A stretch of DNA of 64,000 nt from Eledone cirrhosa. Taxonomy: Eukaryota. Shown piece after piece: positions 24,901-37,719 of this stretch. The stretch spans positions 270,072,001 to 270,136,000 of the forward strand of contig OZ024741.1 in the NCBI GenBank assembly GCA_964016885.1, in the 5' to 3' direction. The notes beneath the pieces are model-generated. The model was not told the origin of the DNA. It saw only the letters and a program-made list of their open reading frames with translations, and did no database searches. The stretch's first letter is position 1. Every line of letters starts with the position of its first letter. Position numbers and translations under genes: made by a program.

Positions 24901-25560
24901 TTTCTCTCTGGAAGATTTCGTTGGGGGAAATTTTCAATTGTTTATACTTTTGATTATTATCATTATCGATAGTATTTTCCACAATAGTCGAGGTAGACTC
25001 GGATGGTACACGTGGTGTCAAATTTCTTAGATTATTATTATTATCGATAGTGTTTTCCCCAGCATTCGAGGTAGACTTAGATGGTACACGTGGTGTCAAA
25101 TTTCTTACAGGCATAGTTGTTTCAAGGCACTGTTCGACGTGGCTGCTAGGAAGTCTAGTAGCATGGCGACCTGTAGCACGTGTTGTTGATCCCATGTTTG
25201 TTGTGGGGTATTACAAATAATAATATTTATCTTATTTTTACGTTCAACAAACGTCGCTTGTTAGCGTAATTGTTTCGCCGTGAAGTGATTTAGCTCTGGG
25301 TGTATTTCGTCCCAGTGTAGCTTCCTTCTGTTGATATAGCCAATGGAGGGATTGTTTTTTGCCATTTTATAACAATTAAATAAATCATCATTAAGTTCGC
25401 AACTCCAAGAGAAATGCGATTTATAATTTCGGTTTCTTCTGTAGCTACAACTGAATAAATTTTGTTTACCTTTCTCATTTTTCTTCGGTACTCCACTGAT
25501 GTTTTTGTTGATGCTGTATTCAGCCATGCTGTTTGTAGCAAATCCTTGTAAAATGAATTA
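21915..25560 (-). mobile_element. Near-full-length, frameshifted R4/Dong-like non-LTR retrotransposon (RT + restriction-like endonuclease)
   Basis: N-terminal Myb-like WSCELNDDLFNCY...GY.NRRK.HW..IHP...TAKQL. RT motifs YKMYTACL, EQAAGKKGVWGCAEQLLIN, KAFDSVPHSW, RRGIFQGNSLSVILF, MDDLKLY, GGRGL. CCHC knuckle CRLC..EDVTHVISTC, then RHD, RPDI..WD, EVSCP, K..Y (PD-(D/E)xK nuclease). Split over about 8 ORFs. Confidence 0.93.
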
Positions 25561-25939
25561 TGTATTTAGTCGGATATCTCTCCGAATTCGAATAAAAGGT
25601 GTCTTCAGTAGATATAGTTAGAAGAATATCCAGTTATTCAACATGACTGGTAGTTGTGGCATTACTGTCGGAGATAGTAATCATCTTAAATTTAATGAAT
25701 AGTCTCCCACACCATATGCGACTGATCGCGTTGATTGACTATGTCTGTATGTATGTATGTCTGTATGTATGTGTGTGTGTATGTGTGTATGTATGTATGT
25801 ATGTATGTATGTATGTATGTATGTATGTATGTATGTATGTATGTATGTATGTATATGCAAGTACACATATGTATATATATATCCGCGGGGACATAGAAAT
25901 AATCGGGCTGGATACCCGATCGCGCGGTTAAACCACTGG

Positions 25940-26220
25940 GAATGAAGGACTCCCAAGCCTTTGTCAGGGTATTCTTCTAGGAGAAGGCAACTCAGGAAAC
26001 TGAGATAACTCCAACATAAAACCTACGGACCAGTAGTTACCGATGATGTTGATTTGTTCTTCTTTTCGGATTATAGCTACTGTCGCTCAGAGAGTGGGAT
26101 TGGCTCAGTGCACAGTCTTTCTTCACTTTAAAAAAATCTTCACGCTCAGGCATTGCACGATAGAATTAATTAATAATTATTAATAATGGTATATCGTGCA
26201 ATGGCCATACTCGATAACGA
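25940..26220 (+). mobile_element. Repeat family C, modules E+B (RTE 5'-UTR-like)
   Basis: AGCCTTTGTCA.GG...TTCTAGGAGAAGG.AA...GATGTTGA is shared with 33405-33487. TCAGAGAGTGGGATTGG...TCACTT.AAAAAA is shared with 33043-33091. Confidence 0.55.
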
Positions 26221-26476
26221 GGGGGCAGTCATCATCATATATGAAATATGGCGTTTCTTGAACATTTTTAAAAACTTGTTTCGAGATCCGAGGAAAACCA
26301 CAAACCCTCCATCTCAACTCTACTTGTGAAAAGCAAAAGAACTATGAAACCGGTAAAGGAATCAAATAAATATTCTTTAAAAGACTCCAGCTGCATTTCG
26401 ATTTCTTTTCCTTATACTTTCACTCGTGTAGGACATCTCGTTTCTTTTTTACATTTATAAAAAACCCTCATTTTCT

Positions 26477-26870
<394 letters not shown>

Positions 26871-26956
26871 TGATAATTAATAACGTTAATGATAATGATA
26901 ATTAAATGTATTAAACTAAAATTTGATTGTTTTACATTTTGTAAACACACGCACGT

Positions 26957-27029
<73 letters not shown>

Positions 27030-27065
27030 ACCACCACACCATACACTCATATATATATATATATA

Positions 27066-27193
27066 TAGTCCTTCATCAGAAGAAAGAATGAGAAATAAAA
27101 TCGATTGAGGGGACGGGCGGGATGGAATTGGAAAAACATGTCTTTGGATAAAAATAACAGGTGCATTCATGTTGACATCTCTTGCAAAACTGC

Positions 27194-27195
<2 letters not shown>
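27066..27195 (-). mobile_element. HHR-bearing short element family D, copy truncated inside the ribozyme
   Basis: Nearly identical to 31215-31336. The minus strand ends TTCTT-CTGATGA-AGGACTA then (TA)n. Confidence 0.7.
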
Positions 27196-27227
<32 letters not shown>

Positions 27228-27241
27228 TATGTGTGTATATA

Positions 27242-27326
<85 letters not shown>

Positions 27327-27329
27327 ACA

Positions 27330-27392
<63 letters not shown>

Positions 27393-27401
27393 GTACATAT
27401 A

Positions 27402-27454
<53 letters not shown>

Positions 27455-27592
27455 AAGAGTTAAACAAAATTCAATGAGTATATCAAAGAATGAGTTTTAC
27501 AGTAGATTGTAAGCACTCTACGGAAAAATAATTTCCCGGGGTTATTAATATTAGAATATAAATATTAATAAAATAGATGTTCTTTTGATCAA

Positions 27593-27653
27593 TTACATTT
27601 TATTATACATATTTCGGATGTACAACAGTACGTCCTCATCAGACAAAATATAA
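27593..27653 (-). ncRNA. Type-I hammerhead ribozyme, intact core
   Basis: Minus strand: TTATATTTTGT-CTGATGA-GGACGTAC-TGTT-GTACATCC-GAAAT-ATGT-ATA-ATAAAATGTAA. Stem I is 11 bp, stem II pairs at 7 of 8, stem III is quasi-palindromic ATATGTAT, and the site is AUA. Confidence 0.85.
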
Positions 27654-27910
27654 TGATACATGACATACCCTGAGATGTTAAATGGTTAAGATTTAATCAA
27701 GGTAGTGATTAACCTAAGAGAAAATTTAATATTTATACCCTAATAATAAGAAAATGCGAAAACGTAATAAATTCAATACATTCTCTATTGAATTTATTAC
27801 GTTTTCGCATTTTCTTATTATTAGGGTATAAATATTAAATTTTCTCTTAGGTTAATCACTACCTTGATTAAATCTTAACCATTTAACATCTCAGGGTATG
27901 TCATGTATCA

Positions 27911-27971
27911 TTATATTTTGTTTGATGAGGACGTACTGTTGTACATCCGAAATATGTATAATAAAATGTAA
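27911..27971 (+). ncRNA. Hammerhead ribozyme copy with a C3-to-U core substitution
   Basis: Identical to the minus copy except TTGATGA instead of CTGATGA at 27922. Confidence 0.75.
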
Positions 27972-28036
27972 TTGATCAAAAGAACATCTATTTTATTAAT
28001 ATTTATATTCTAATATATATATATACATATACATAT

Positions 28037-28101
28037 AACAGTTTTGCAAGGGATGTCAACATGAATGGACCTGTTATTTTTATCTAAAGACATTTTTTCC
28101 A
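28037..28101 (+). mobile_element. Family D fragment, inverted relative to 27066-27195
   Basis: CAGTTTTGCAAG.GATGTCAACATGAATG.ACCTGTTATTTTTATC.AAAGACAT is the reverse complement of 27135-27192. Confidence 0.75.
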
Positions 28102-28271
28102 TTGTTTTTATTAAGTTATCTTGACTCTGTTTTCCTATGATTTTTATTTATCGAAAATTTTTGAATGCATCTTCTCTTTTCATGATATTTGGATTACATT
28201 GAGTTCTTCATACGGATTGGACACTCCCGTATATTTTGGTAGATTTATCTCCTCTCTCTCTCTCTCTCTCT

Positions 28272-28318
<47 letters not shown>

Positions 28319-28489
28319 CAAAGGTATATATTGAGTTAGGAACTCAAAATAGTCTCTTATATATATATATCCCTTATGGCAAATAAAGAAACCTATCTAT
28401 TTATATATATATATATATACATACATATATCCTCTCTCCTCTCTCTCTCCCTCTCTCTCTCTCTCACCAACCTCTCTCTGAACCCAACA

Positions 28490-28525
28490 TTTCCTGAAGA
28501 AGGACTAACATCCAAAGCGCCAGAC
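28490..28525 (+). ncRNA. Decayed minimal hammerhead
   Basis: TTC-CTGAAGA-AGGACTAACATCC-AAAGC. The first box and stem II resemble 30412-30437, but the GAAAC box is mutated. Confidence 0.35.
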
Positions 28526-28782
28526 CCTCCTCTACTTCCTCCAAGTGTGATACTAATGAGACTTTGTGTTTTGCATCCCTGTATGTGTGTTGTCATTTCT
28601 TTAACTATATATATATATATTTATATATATGTGTGTGTTTGTGTGTGTGAGTGTGTGTGTGTGGGGGGGGTAATAATAAAAGTATGTGTTCCTACATGTA
28701 ATTAATACACATAGGGACACAAGTATAGTCCGACCATATGCCAGTGTGGTTCAATGGCAAGTTAATAAATTAACAAGCCAGA

Positions 28783-29147
28783 ACATATAAAATCAAGGGA
28801 GTGTAAACACAGAAAATATCTTTAAAAATAATAAATAAATTCAAAAAAAATTCACTGTATTTACTATATGTGCCCTTATGTTTCAGATCCCCAACAAATA
28901 GATAATCCAAGCGGATTTCCATTGAATGGCGCCAGTTTGTAATTTTAACTCGGAATGTTATATTCTCCGAGAGAGAAAAGCCTTCTGACGATGATCTCTT
29001 CTCTAATGAAAATCCGCTTGGATTATCTATTTGTTTGGGATCTGAAACCGCAGTAAGGGCACATATAGTAAGTACAGTGAATTTTTGGAATTTATTTATT
29101 ACTTTTTAAGATATTTTCTGTGTTTACACTCCCTTGATTTTATATGT
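28783..29147 (+). mobile_element. Fold-back element (about 140-bp diverged arms, about 80-bp spacer), Penelope pLTR-like
   Basis: 28783-28923 versus 29005-29147, inverted, with several mismatches and indels. The right end runs into a TA tract. Confidence 0.85.
28980..29060 (+). ncRNA. Type-I hammerhead ribozyme with a long loop II
   Basis: GCCTT-CTGACGA-T-GATCTC...GGGATC-T-GAAAC-CGCA-GTA-AGGGC. Stem I is GCCTT/AGGGC, stem II is GATCTC/GGGATC, stem III is AC/GT, and the site is GUA. Confidence 0.8.
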
Positions 29148-29414
29148 ATATATATATAAATATATATATATACATATGTATATATGTATATACGCATGTG
29201 TATATATGTATATATATATACATACAAATGTATATATGTATATATGTATATATATACATTTGTATGTATATATATATACATATATGCACATAATATATAC
29301 ATATACATATATACACATACATATATACACATACATATATACATATAACATATATAACATACATATATACACATACATATATACATATACATATATACAC
29401 ATACATATATACAC

Positions 29415-29473
<59 letters not shown>

Positions 29474-29876
29474 GGTGGGTGTGTGTGTGTGTGTGTGGGT
29501 GTGTGTGTGTGTGGTGTGTGTGTGTGTGTGTGTATGTATATGTGTGTGTGTGTGTGTGTGCATACATTTACATACATCATAGCTAAGACAAGCTAAGACA
29601 GATAGACAGATATACGGATGAATGGAAATTAATATAAGTAAGATAATGTCTAATTAATTCTGAGACTACTTAACAAGCAGTGCAATGTATAAATATATCT
29701 TGCAGCCATAATTTCGTCACTTAGATCAAGATAAAGACATTGCTATACATATTGCTATGATGTCTGGTTATTAAGCTTCAACTTGAATTCTGATTCAGTC
29801 ATTCAAGGAGATAGATATAAGATCTATTGGGTCTGCCTTTCTGTATCTCAAGTAGTCCGTTTATATTACAACACCC

Positions 29877-29935
<59 letters not shown>

Positions 29936-30136
29936 ATATTGTTATATATATATATATTGTTATGTATATATATATATATTGTTATATATATTGTTATATA
30001 TATATATATATATACATACATACATATATATGTATACATATATACATACATATATACATATACACATATATACATATACATATGTATATATATATATCTG
30101 TGTGTGTATAAATATTTATGTGTGTGTGTAAATATT

Positions 30137-30297
<161 letters not shown>

Positions 30298-30409
30298 TAC
30301 ATATACATATATATAGAGAGAGAGAGAGAATGGAAAATGACAAACTCAGATACAAAAATAATTAATTATATAGTTTCCCGCTTTGGATGAAAGAGAGGGA
30401 AAAAATTCA

Positions 30410-30440
30410 ACTTATCGGATGTTAATCCTTCATCAGGAGA
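30410..30440 (-). ncRNA. Decayed minimal hammerhead
   Basis: Minus strand: TCTC-CTGATGA-A-GGAT-TAAC-ATCC-GATAAG. Stem II is perfect; the GAAA box is mutated to GATA. Confidence 0.45.
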
Positions 30441-30444
30441 GAAT

Positions 30445-30496
<52 letters not shown>

Positions 30497-30719
30497 TGTG
30501 TGTTCAGAGATTAGAACATAAAAAATAGAAAAAGGGCAAGATGTGAGTGTGTGTGTTGTTTTCAATGTTGTGTGTGTATCAACCTATATATGTGTGGGAA
30601 GGTCTATACATTGTTGGTGGTGGTTTCTAGGTGTGTCTGGCTATATTAACATTGTATGTGTGTGGTTTGTTGTGTATGTATCAAATATAGAAGAAATTAC
30701 TTGTGAGAAATACATGTGA

Positions 30720-30874
<155 letters not shown>

Positions 30875-30884
30875 CATATGTAAT

Positions 30885-30946
<62 letters not shown>

Positions 30947-31001
30947 GTATATATATGTGTGTATATATATATGTGTATGTATATATATATGTATGTATAT
31001 G

Positions 31002-31114
<113 letters not shown>

Positions 31115-31129
31115 GGTAAACAGAAATAG

Positions 31130-31336
31130 CAACACAACCGGTACAGTATATGGAAGGGATATATTAGGTTAACGCTTGATATAGCAGGAAGAGGATCTTA
31201 ACGTTTCGGGCACTAATCCTTTTTCAGAAGAAAGAATGAGAAATAAGATAGATTGAGGGGACGGGCGGGTTGGAATCGGAAAAAATCTCTTTAGATAAAA
31301 ATAACAGGTCCATTCATGTTGACATCTCTTGCAAAT
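31130..31336 (-). mobile_element. Family D short element containing a minimal hammerhead at 31196-31231
   Basis: Minus strand TCTT-CTGAAAA-AGGATTAGTGCCC-GAAAC-GTT-AAGA, with stem I TCTT/AAGA and palindromic AACGTT stem III. The sibling at 27066-27195 retains CTGATGA. Confidence 0.7.
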
Positions 31337-31339
31337 ATA

Positions 31340-31803
31340 TATATATATCCTTTTCTGCAAAATATACGCTATCCTTTCTACAATATATATACACTATATC
31401 TTCTACAATATATACACTATCCTTTCTACAATATATACACCATCTTTTCTACAATGTATACGGTGTCTTTTATACACTATCTTTTCTACAATATGTACAC
31501 TATATTTTCTGCAATATATACACTATATCTTCTACAATATATACACTATATCTTCTACAATATATACACTATATCTTCTACAATATATACACTATATCTT
31601 CTACAATATACACACTATATCTTCTACAATATACACACTATACTTTTACAATATATACAACATCTTTTCTACAATATATACAACATCTTTTCTACAATAT
31701 ATAAACTATTTTTCTACAATATATACACTACCTTTTCTACAATATATCGTTTCTACAATATATACACAATACTTTTATAATATATACTCTATCTTTTCTA
31801 CAA
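31340..31803. repeat. 23-bp minisatellite, about 20 copies
   Basis: Unit TATATACACTATATCTTCTACAA, degenerate at the edges. Confidence 0.9.
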
Positions 31804-32242
31804 ATAGTTTTATTTGTCGATAGCTTCGTTGATAGGGTTGAGTTGACATAATTTCATTAGCGAACAAGAGTTATCTGAAACAATTGAAAGATCCACAACC
31901 CACACAACTAACCCGTCCACTAATGAAGTCACAGATTAGATCAAACGTGCGCAGGTTATATCAAAGACTTTCAAGTGTAATAGAAAACAGTCTTTATACA
32001 CTACTTTCACTGAGAGACCATTGATTACGTAGGCAAGTCACGTGCTTGTCTTTGTTAACGAGTTTTCCGGAATAAGATGTGTTCGTTGTTTTTGTGTTTG
32101 AACGTAAATCGACTGTTTCTCTGTGTCTGTCTGATTGTGTGTGTTTACTATATATGTGTGTGTGTGTGTGTGTGTGCGTGTGTATTATGTATGTACATTT
32201 ATATATGTGTTTATGTATGTATGTACATTTATATATATACGA

Positions 32243-32285
<43 letters not shown>

Positions 32286-32334
32286 TATATATATTCTTAA
32301 GTCATCCCTCTTTCAAAGGTGAAGCAGTCATTTT

Positions 32335-32590
32335 GCTTTTTCTAATGGCTAGAATGTATGTGGCTCGCCACACCTGCATAAACATCCACGCCACCGATGT
32401 TGTCCAAGGGAAAAGCAATGGCCGATATAGCTTTGTACCAGTGACGTCAAAACTCACTTCAACAGCTGAGTGAACTGGAGCAACGTGAATAAAAAGTATA
32501 TTGCTGAAGAACACAATGCATCACTCGGTCAGAGAATCGAACTCATAACCTCCCGATTGCAAGCCCAACGCTCTAACAACTAAGCCACTA
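32335..32590 (-). mobile_element. SINE family B with an alternative 3' tail
   Basis: Minus strand GTGGCTTAG..GTTAGAGCGTTGGGCTTGCAATCGGGAGGTTATGAGTTCGATTC...CACGTTGCTCCAG.TCACTCAGCTG, then a tail different from 8970-9090. Confidence 0.75.
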
Positions 32591-32669
32591 AGATATTACC
32601 GTACCCAATTTTGTCCCCTATTTTCAAAATGTCTCATCATCACCGTTTAATGTCTATTATCCATTCTAA

Positions 32670-32820
32670 TAGGTGATGTTAGAACATCAAATAGAATGCT
32701 TTGCAGTATTTATTTCGGCTCTCTATTCTCTGAGTTCAAATCTCACCGAGGTCATCTTTGGCCTTTCATCCATTCGAGGTCGATAAAAAAAAGTACCAGT
32801 TTCGTACTGAGGTCGATTTG
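32670..32820 (+). mobile_element. SINE family A, diverged
   Basis: ATGCTTTGCAGTAT...CTGAGTTCAAATCTCACCGAGGTCA.CTTTG..CTTTCATCC...GTCGATAAAA...AGTACCAG. Confidence 0.75.
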
Positions 32821-32959
32821 TCCTCCATATCGCCCTTCCACTTCCATTCTCTCACTTTCTATCCTTTTCTAGAAGAAATCTGCTGTGCTCAGACCTGGAG
32901 AGGGATGGGCTCCGCCAGGTTTTAAAAATGCCCTAGATACGTCGTATGTCAATATGGGA

Positions 32960-33490
32960 CCCCTATGATATGTAACCCATGTTCGGGTCGTCGGCGACTA
33001 AACTGGCAGCCCCATCGGCGCCTTCGTTGCGTTCAATTATGTTCAGAGAGTGGGATTGGTCCCGTGCAATGCCTTTCCTCACTTAAAAAAACTTCAAGCA
33101 CAGACATCACTTAATATGTGACTTAATATTTTGCGATACACGGCATTGCTGGCCATAGGCAGGTTCCTAGCAGGACTAAAACGCCACATGCACGATATTC
33201 ATGCTTAAGTATCAAACGATGGTATTACTTGAAATCGAGTTGCAGCCATCATCTATGTATAAGTTTGTATATGTGTCTGTCTGTATGTATGTATGTAAGT
33301 ATGTATGTATGACATCCTGCAGGACTAAAAACAAAACCTGTCAAAGGGCAAAGGAGCTCTTAAGAGTCAATGGCCATCCAAAATCACTGGGAGAGATGAC
33401 CCCTTAGCCTTTGTCAAGGCAGAATTCTAGGAGAAGGAAAACTCTGATATAACACCTGCAACCCTGATGGTATCCAATGATGTTGACTGG
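32960..33490 (+). mobile_element. Repeat family C composite (modules A-B-C, TATG tail, then D-E)
   Basis: Contains all modules seen at 20820-21000, 21500-21690 and 25940-26220, including CTAGGAGAAGGAAAACTCTGAT, which is reminiscent of RTE 5' UTRs. Confidence 0.6.
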
Positions 33491-33819
33491 TTCTTCTTTT
33501 TGGTAAATATCATCTTGGTTAAGAGAGTGGGACTGGCTTTGTGCTGTGCCTTTGCTCACTATAAAAGCTTCACGGCACAGACATTGCTTTATATCTGGAG
33601 ATTTCTCTGCACTTGTCGTCACATGGTACCATGGGCCCAGCACTATGTGTCAATAATTGTCCAAATGTAGTGTTTGTACCAGAGTTTTCAAGTTGCTGGC
33701 TGGACTAAGAAGTCACACTCGTTCAGCGCATTGGTAGGGGTTCTCCTACATGGATATAAAGTAGTGGCCGTACTCGAAAACGAGTTGGCAGCCACCATGT
33801 ATTATGTATGTATGTATGT

Positions 33820-35145
33820 AGTTATATATGTTATCTCTTTCTCTTAATTTCGAGTATATTTTTTTTGACCGGCCACCTTCCTGGTGGCATGATTGTAAAA
33901 GAAAAGAAATTGTCATCCCTTGAATCGCAAGAATGTTTTGCAAATTTTGAAGGTGCCATCTATCGCAGCCATTTGTAGACTATGAATTAGGGAGCTGCGC
34001 TTTTTGTCCGCAAATCCAAGTTCAGTCATACTTTGGTCCAAGCGGGTTGGTTTATAACCCGTAGCTCCAATAATGATGGGTATGAAGCTAAAGGTGTATC
34101 TTGGATACTGGATTTGTAAACTCCTCATCAATGGTCCGTAGATGTCCTCCTTCTCCTGTATTTTTCTGACAACGTTTACATCAAGTGGGCAGCTGATCTC
34201 CACAACAGAACACGTTTTCAATGTGTGGTCCCAAACAACAATATCAGGCCGGTTGTGCTTTAATTTGGTGGCAGTTTTTATTTTCAGGTTCCACCAGTAT
34301 TCCTTAGTGCCATCTGTCTCAATATATTCTTCCTCGTTGGTTGTTAATTTTGTTTTCCGAAGTGCGTTCCAGATGGTTCTAGCTATCCCATCGTGTCTCA
34401 TGGGGAGGTAGTAGCGAGATGACATTCTTTCGCAGCTGGCAACAATGTGGCTTACATCCTCGATCTTTGTTTTACATAGCCTACATTTATTGTCAGCTGC
34501 TGGCCCTCCTCTTTTGTGCAGCAGATATTTGGTAGGGAGTTCTTGTTCCTGTATTGCATAGAGATATCCCTCAAGATGTGATGTCATAAACTTGTCGGAA
34601 CTCCATGCCAGGCTTTTTGAGTGGTTTATCCCCTCTATGGTCTGTGTTTTACGTCTCAAGTATCCATGCACAACTTTTTCTGTAAATTGGTCAATTTTTT
34701 TATCTTGTTTGAACATTGATTAGGATCTTCCGATTTCTCTGGGTGAGAGATTTATATCAGGCTTTATTCCATATCTCTCCTCCAGATCAGTCGCTATTCT
34801 AATGATATTTCTTTTTTCATGCTCATAAACCTGGGCAAGATTGTTGCCAACCTTTTTCCTCTGTTGAAGGTGTTGCTTCAGTGTTACTATCCGGGTCTCA
34901 TATGTTGTTAATATTGATTTTAGAGCCCGGCCACCTTCCTTGCGTGAGAAGTATAGCCTATCCACATCACCATTGATGTTAAAGTTCCCAGTAACACTGA
35001 GAAGTTTGCGAGTTCTAACATCCATCTCACTTAGTTCTTGCAATGACCAGTTCAGCAGGCCAAATGTTGGCGTTAGAATTGACACAGCATAAGTATTGTG
35101 GGCAATGTTGTACGCTGACAGTTCTGATGACCATATTTTCTTTAC
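33820..35145 (-). mobile_element. 5'-truncated R4/Dong-like RLE retrotransposon, second family
   Basis: KIWSSELSA, LTPTFGLLNW, DVDRLY..RKEGGRAL, AIQEQEL, CRLCKTKIEDVSHIVASC, RHD, RPDIVVWD, EISCP, KEDIY, IIIGATG. Homologous to but diverged from 21915-23200. Both ends lie in (TATG)n. Confidence 0.92.
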
Positions 35146-35271
35146 ATATATGTATGTATATATGAATGTATGTATGTATATATGTATGCATGACTGTGTG
35201 TATATATGTGTATATATGTATGTATGTATATATTTATGTATGTATCTGTATATATATATATAGAGAGAGAG

Positions 35272-37022
35272 AGATATGTTTCTTTATTAGCTACAGGGGC
35301 ACAAAAGAGGGGGACAAATACAAAGGGGGAAGTTTACATACAATAAAAATGTGTAAAATATTATCACAAATGCAATTTAAAAATTAGTCGATTTCCCCAA
35401 TAGGAGGAGACATTACATATGGGTAACACATACCCACGAAAAAATGTGCAACCCTCATCTCCAGGAGTACGAAAAGTTTGTACTCCCTTCCTCTCCTCCT
35501 CTTTTACCTCAACCTACAGGCTGATATAGAGAGAAGGCCCATTCACTCGGGCCATTCTCGCCACTTTCACCCACCTTTCATAAAACTTGCTGGGGTACAG
35601 CACCTCTCTCTCTATCCTGATTCTTCTTCCAAAGTGGTATTTGAAAAAAATAATCAGTTGTTGGCCGGAGAGAAAGGTGTCTGACCTCAGCCCTTTCAAC
35701 CTTGTCCACCATACAACCTCTTTCGCTATAGCTATCACACAAAGTAAAACCGCCTCTCCTTCGTTTTTGAAGGAGGGTGGCGGTTTGATCATGACAATGG
35801 ACTCGGTGGTCAATATGATTGGTCCCACCCGCGACAATAGTCGTTCTACATAGCCCCACAGGTCGGTGACGCCCGGGCAGTGTATGAATGCGTGCGCGAC
35901 GGTTTCTTCGTCTCGCAGGCACCTCGGACAGATCTTTTTTGCAGGGTCCCTGCCCGGGCGCCCATGTCTGTAGAGCTTGTCTCGAACTGGTAGAGCTCCT
36001 CGGTAGCACTGCCAGGCCAGGGACTTTTGGAAGTTGTCCATCGGTCCCGGGCGGAAAGTCCTACCGAACAGACTGGCCAGTTCGTCTTCCTCTACGCCTA
36101 GAGTTCCACCGAGCGCGTCGTCGCACTTGCTGCGGATCAACCCTCTATAGAATGACGAAGTGGCGTCTCCACTGATCTCCGGGTCCGCCTGCCAGAGGGC
36201 TGTGAGAGCCTGAGCACATTCGATGTGCCAGTCGCCCATTTTCCTCGGTCTTTGCTTGACCCAGGACTGCAGCTCGGTCAGCGAGACGAGTCCTGGGAAG
36301 GCTCGCCTCACGAACGGGGCCCACACCGGTTGTCCGGTGAGGAATACGTAGAGATGCCGCAGCCTGAGCGCCTATTTGCGCATCGTCAGCCACGGAATCC
36401 CCAGCCCTCCGTTGGAAGGGTGTTGGCAGCAGATGGATCTCCTCACCAAAGGAGCCCGCCTCTTCCAAAGGAATTGGAAGAGCGCGCGCTCCATTTTGGT
36501 GAGCGTTTTGGCTGGACAAGGTACGTCGGTCAAGCGGTAGTAGATGGCGGGCGCTATAAAAGTGTTCGCCACCTCCGCTCAACCTTTCAAGGATAGTTTG
36601 CACTCGGCCCACTTCTGGGTGAGTGCAAACACCTTGGCCGTCACCTCGTTCCAGTTTTATCCACCTGGAGGTCCGGACCAAACCAGACCCCGAGCAGCTT
36701 TACCGGTCCTTCCGTCCAGCGTGCGACGACGCCATCGGAAGGCATCGGTTTGCCTCTCCACGATCCGAGTTGCAAACCGATGGACTTTTCCCGGTTCAGC
36801 TTCGCTCCTGTGAACCTTTCGTATTCCTTCAGTACGGTGCCGACTTCCTCGATTTGCGAGGCGCTCGACACCATTACAGCCATGTCGTCGGCGTAGGCCG
36901 ACGCCGCTTTCCGCAGTCCCGGTTCCGGAGGGATGCCCTGCAAAAGCTCCAGCTTCCGCAGTAGTGGCTCGAGAGTCAGTACGTACAGAAGGGAGGAGAG
37001 AGGGCATCCGTGTCGAATGGAT
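35272..37022 (-). mobile_element. Tx1/L1-clade LINE, 5'-truncated (RT 3' half, Cys-rich C-terminus, 3' UTR)
   Basis: SIRHGCPLSSLLYVLTLEPLL, SAYADD, GAKLNREKS, GGLGIP, GALPVRDKL, CPRC..EETVAHAFIHCP. AATAAA at 35288-35283, then ATATCTCTCTC. GC-rich; a few stops and frameshifts. Confidence 0.92.
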
Positions 37023-37719
37023 CGTAGATAGATAGATAGATAGATATAGATATAGATATAGATATAGATATATAGATATATATATAGATATAGATATAGA
37101 TATAGATATAGATATATATAGATATATGTGTGTATCATTTTTTTATAGATATTTTTTCTATGTGTGTGTATATGTCTATGCATATGTATGTGTATGTGAA
37201 GAGATGTTTTATAGGAGGTAGAAGTGGAAGATCGTTCTGTAAGATATAACCCAAAACACTTCCAGTGAAATGAAGGGGTGAAATGAAGATAGTGATCATA
37301 AAATTACAATATTTATTTTCTGCTAATGACATTAATCGATTACGACAAATCGATATAGAAAGGTTTGTTATAATGTAAATAACACATATTCACTAAAGAC
37401 AATTCGATCATATACTATTCTTCTTTGTTGGGGAGGAGGCAGTATGATATAGAGTTACAGGAAATACTCGTGTTCGTAAGACGCGAAAAATATATTTTCG
37501 ACAGCGAATTTCTTCGTGTTTTTTTGTTTTGTTTTTGTATTGTTTTCTTGAGAGGGGGGGGGGGTTACGCCTAAATCCTTGCAGAGCTGTAGGGAACGCT
37601 GTAGTGACATACGGCGATGCTTGAGTCATTTGTTTAAATGCCTGATGGAACACATCTCCTCTCCAGATCTGAATATGACCGGATTTAGCTCAAAAAAGGA
37701 AAGAGTGATTAAGAGGATG

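Larger units (their letters stand above)
27548..28016. mobile_element. Fold-back palindromic element (231-bp arms, 7-nt loop) with a hammerhead in each arm
   Basis: 27548-27778 versus 27786-28016, loop CATTCTC. A single mismatch was found (27642/27922). The right end abuts a TA tract. Confidence 0.92.

Noticed and set aside
25565-25615. Minus-strand CTGAAGA...GAGATATC near the R4-like 5' end as a possible ribozyme
   Set aside because: The GAAA box is absent and no convincing stem I or II was found.
26280-26360. GAAACCGGTA, a hammerhead-like 3' half
   Set aside because: No upstream core box with pairing stems could be assigned confidently.
35578-37007. Overlapping alternate-frame and antisense ORFs in the Tx1 region
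   Set aside because: They are shadow ORFs of a GC-rich retrotransposon coding sequence.
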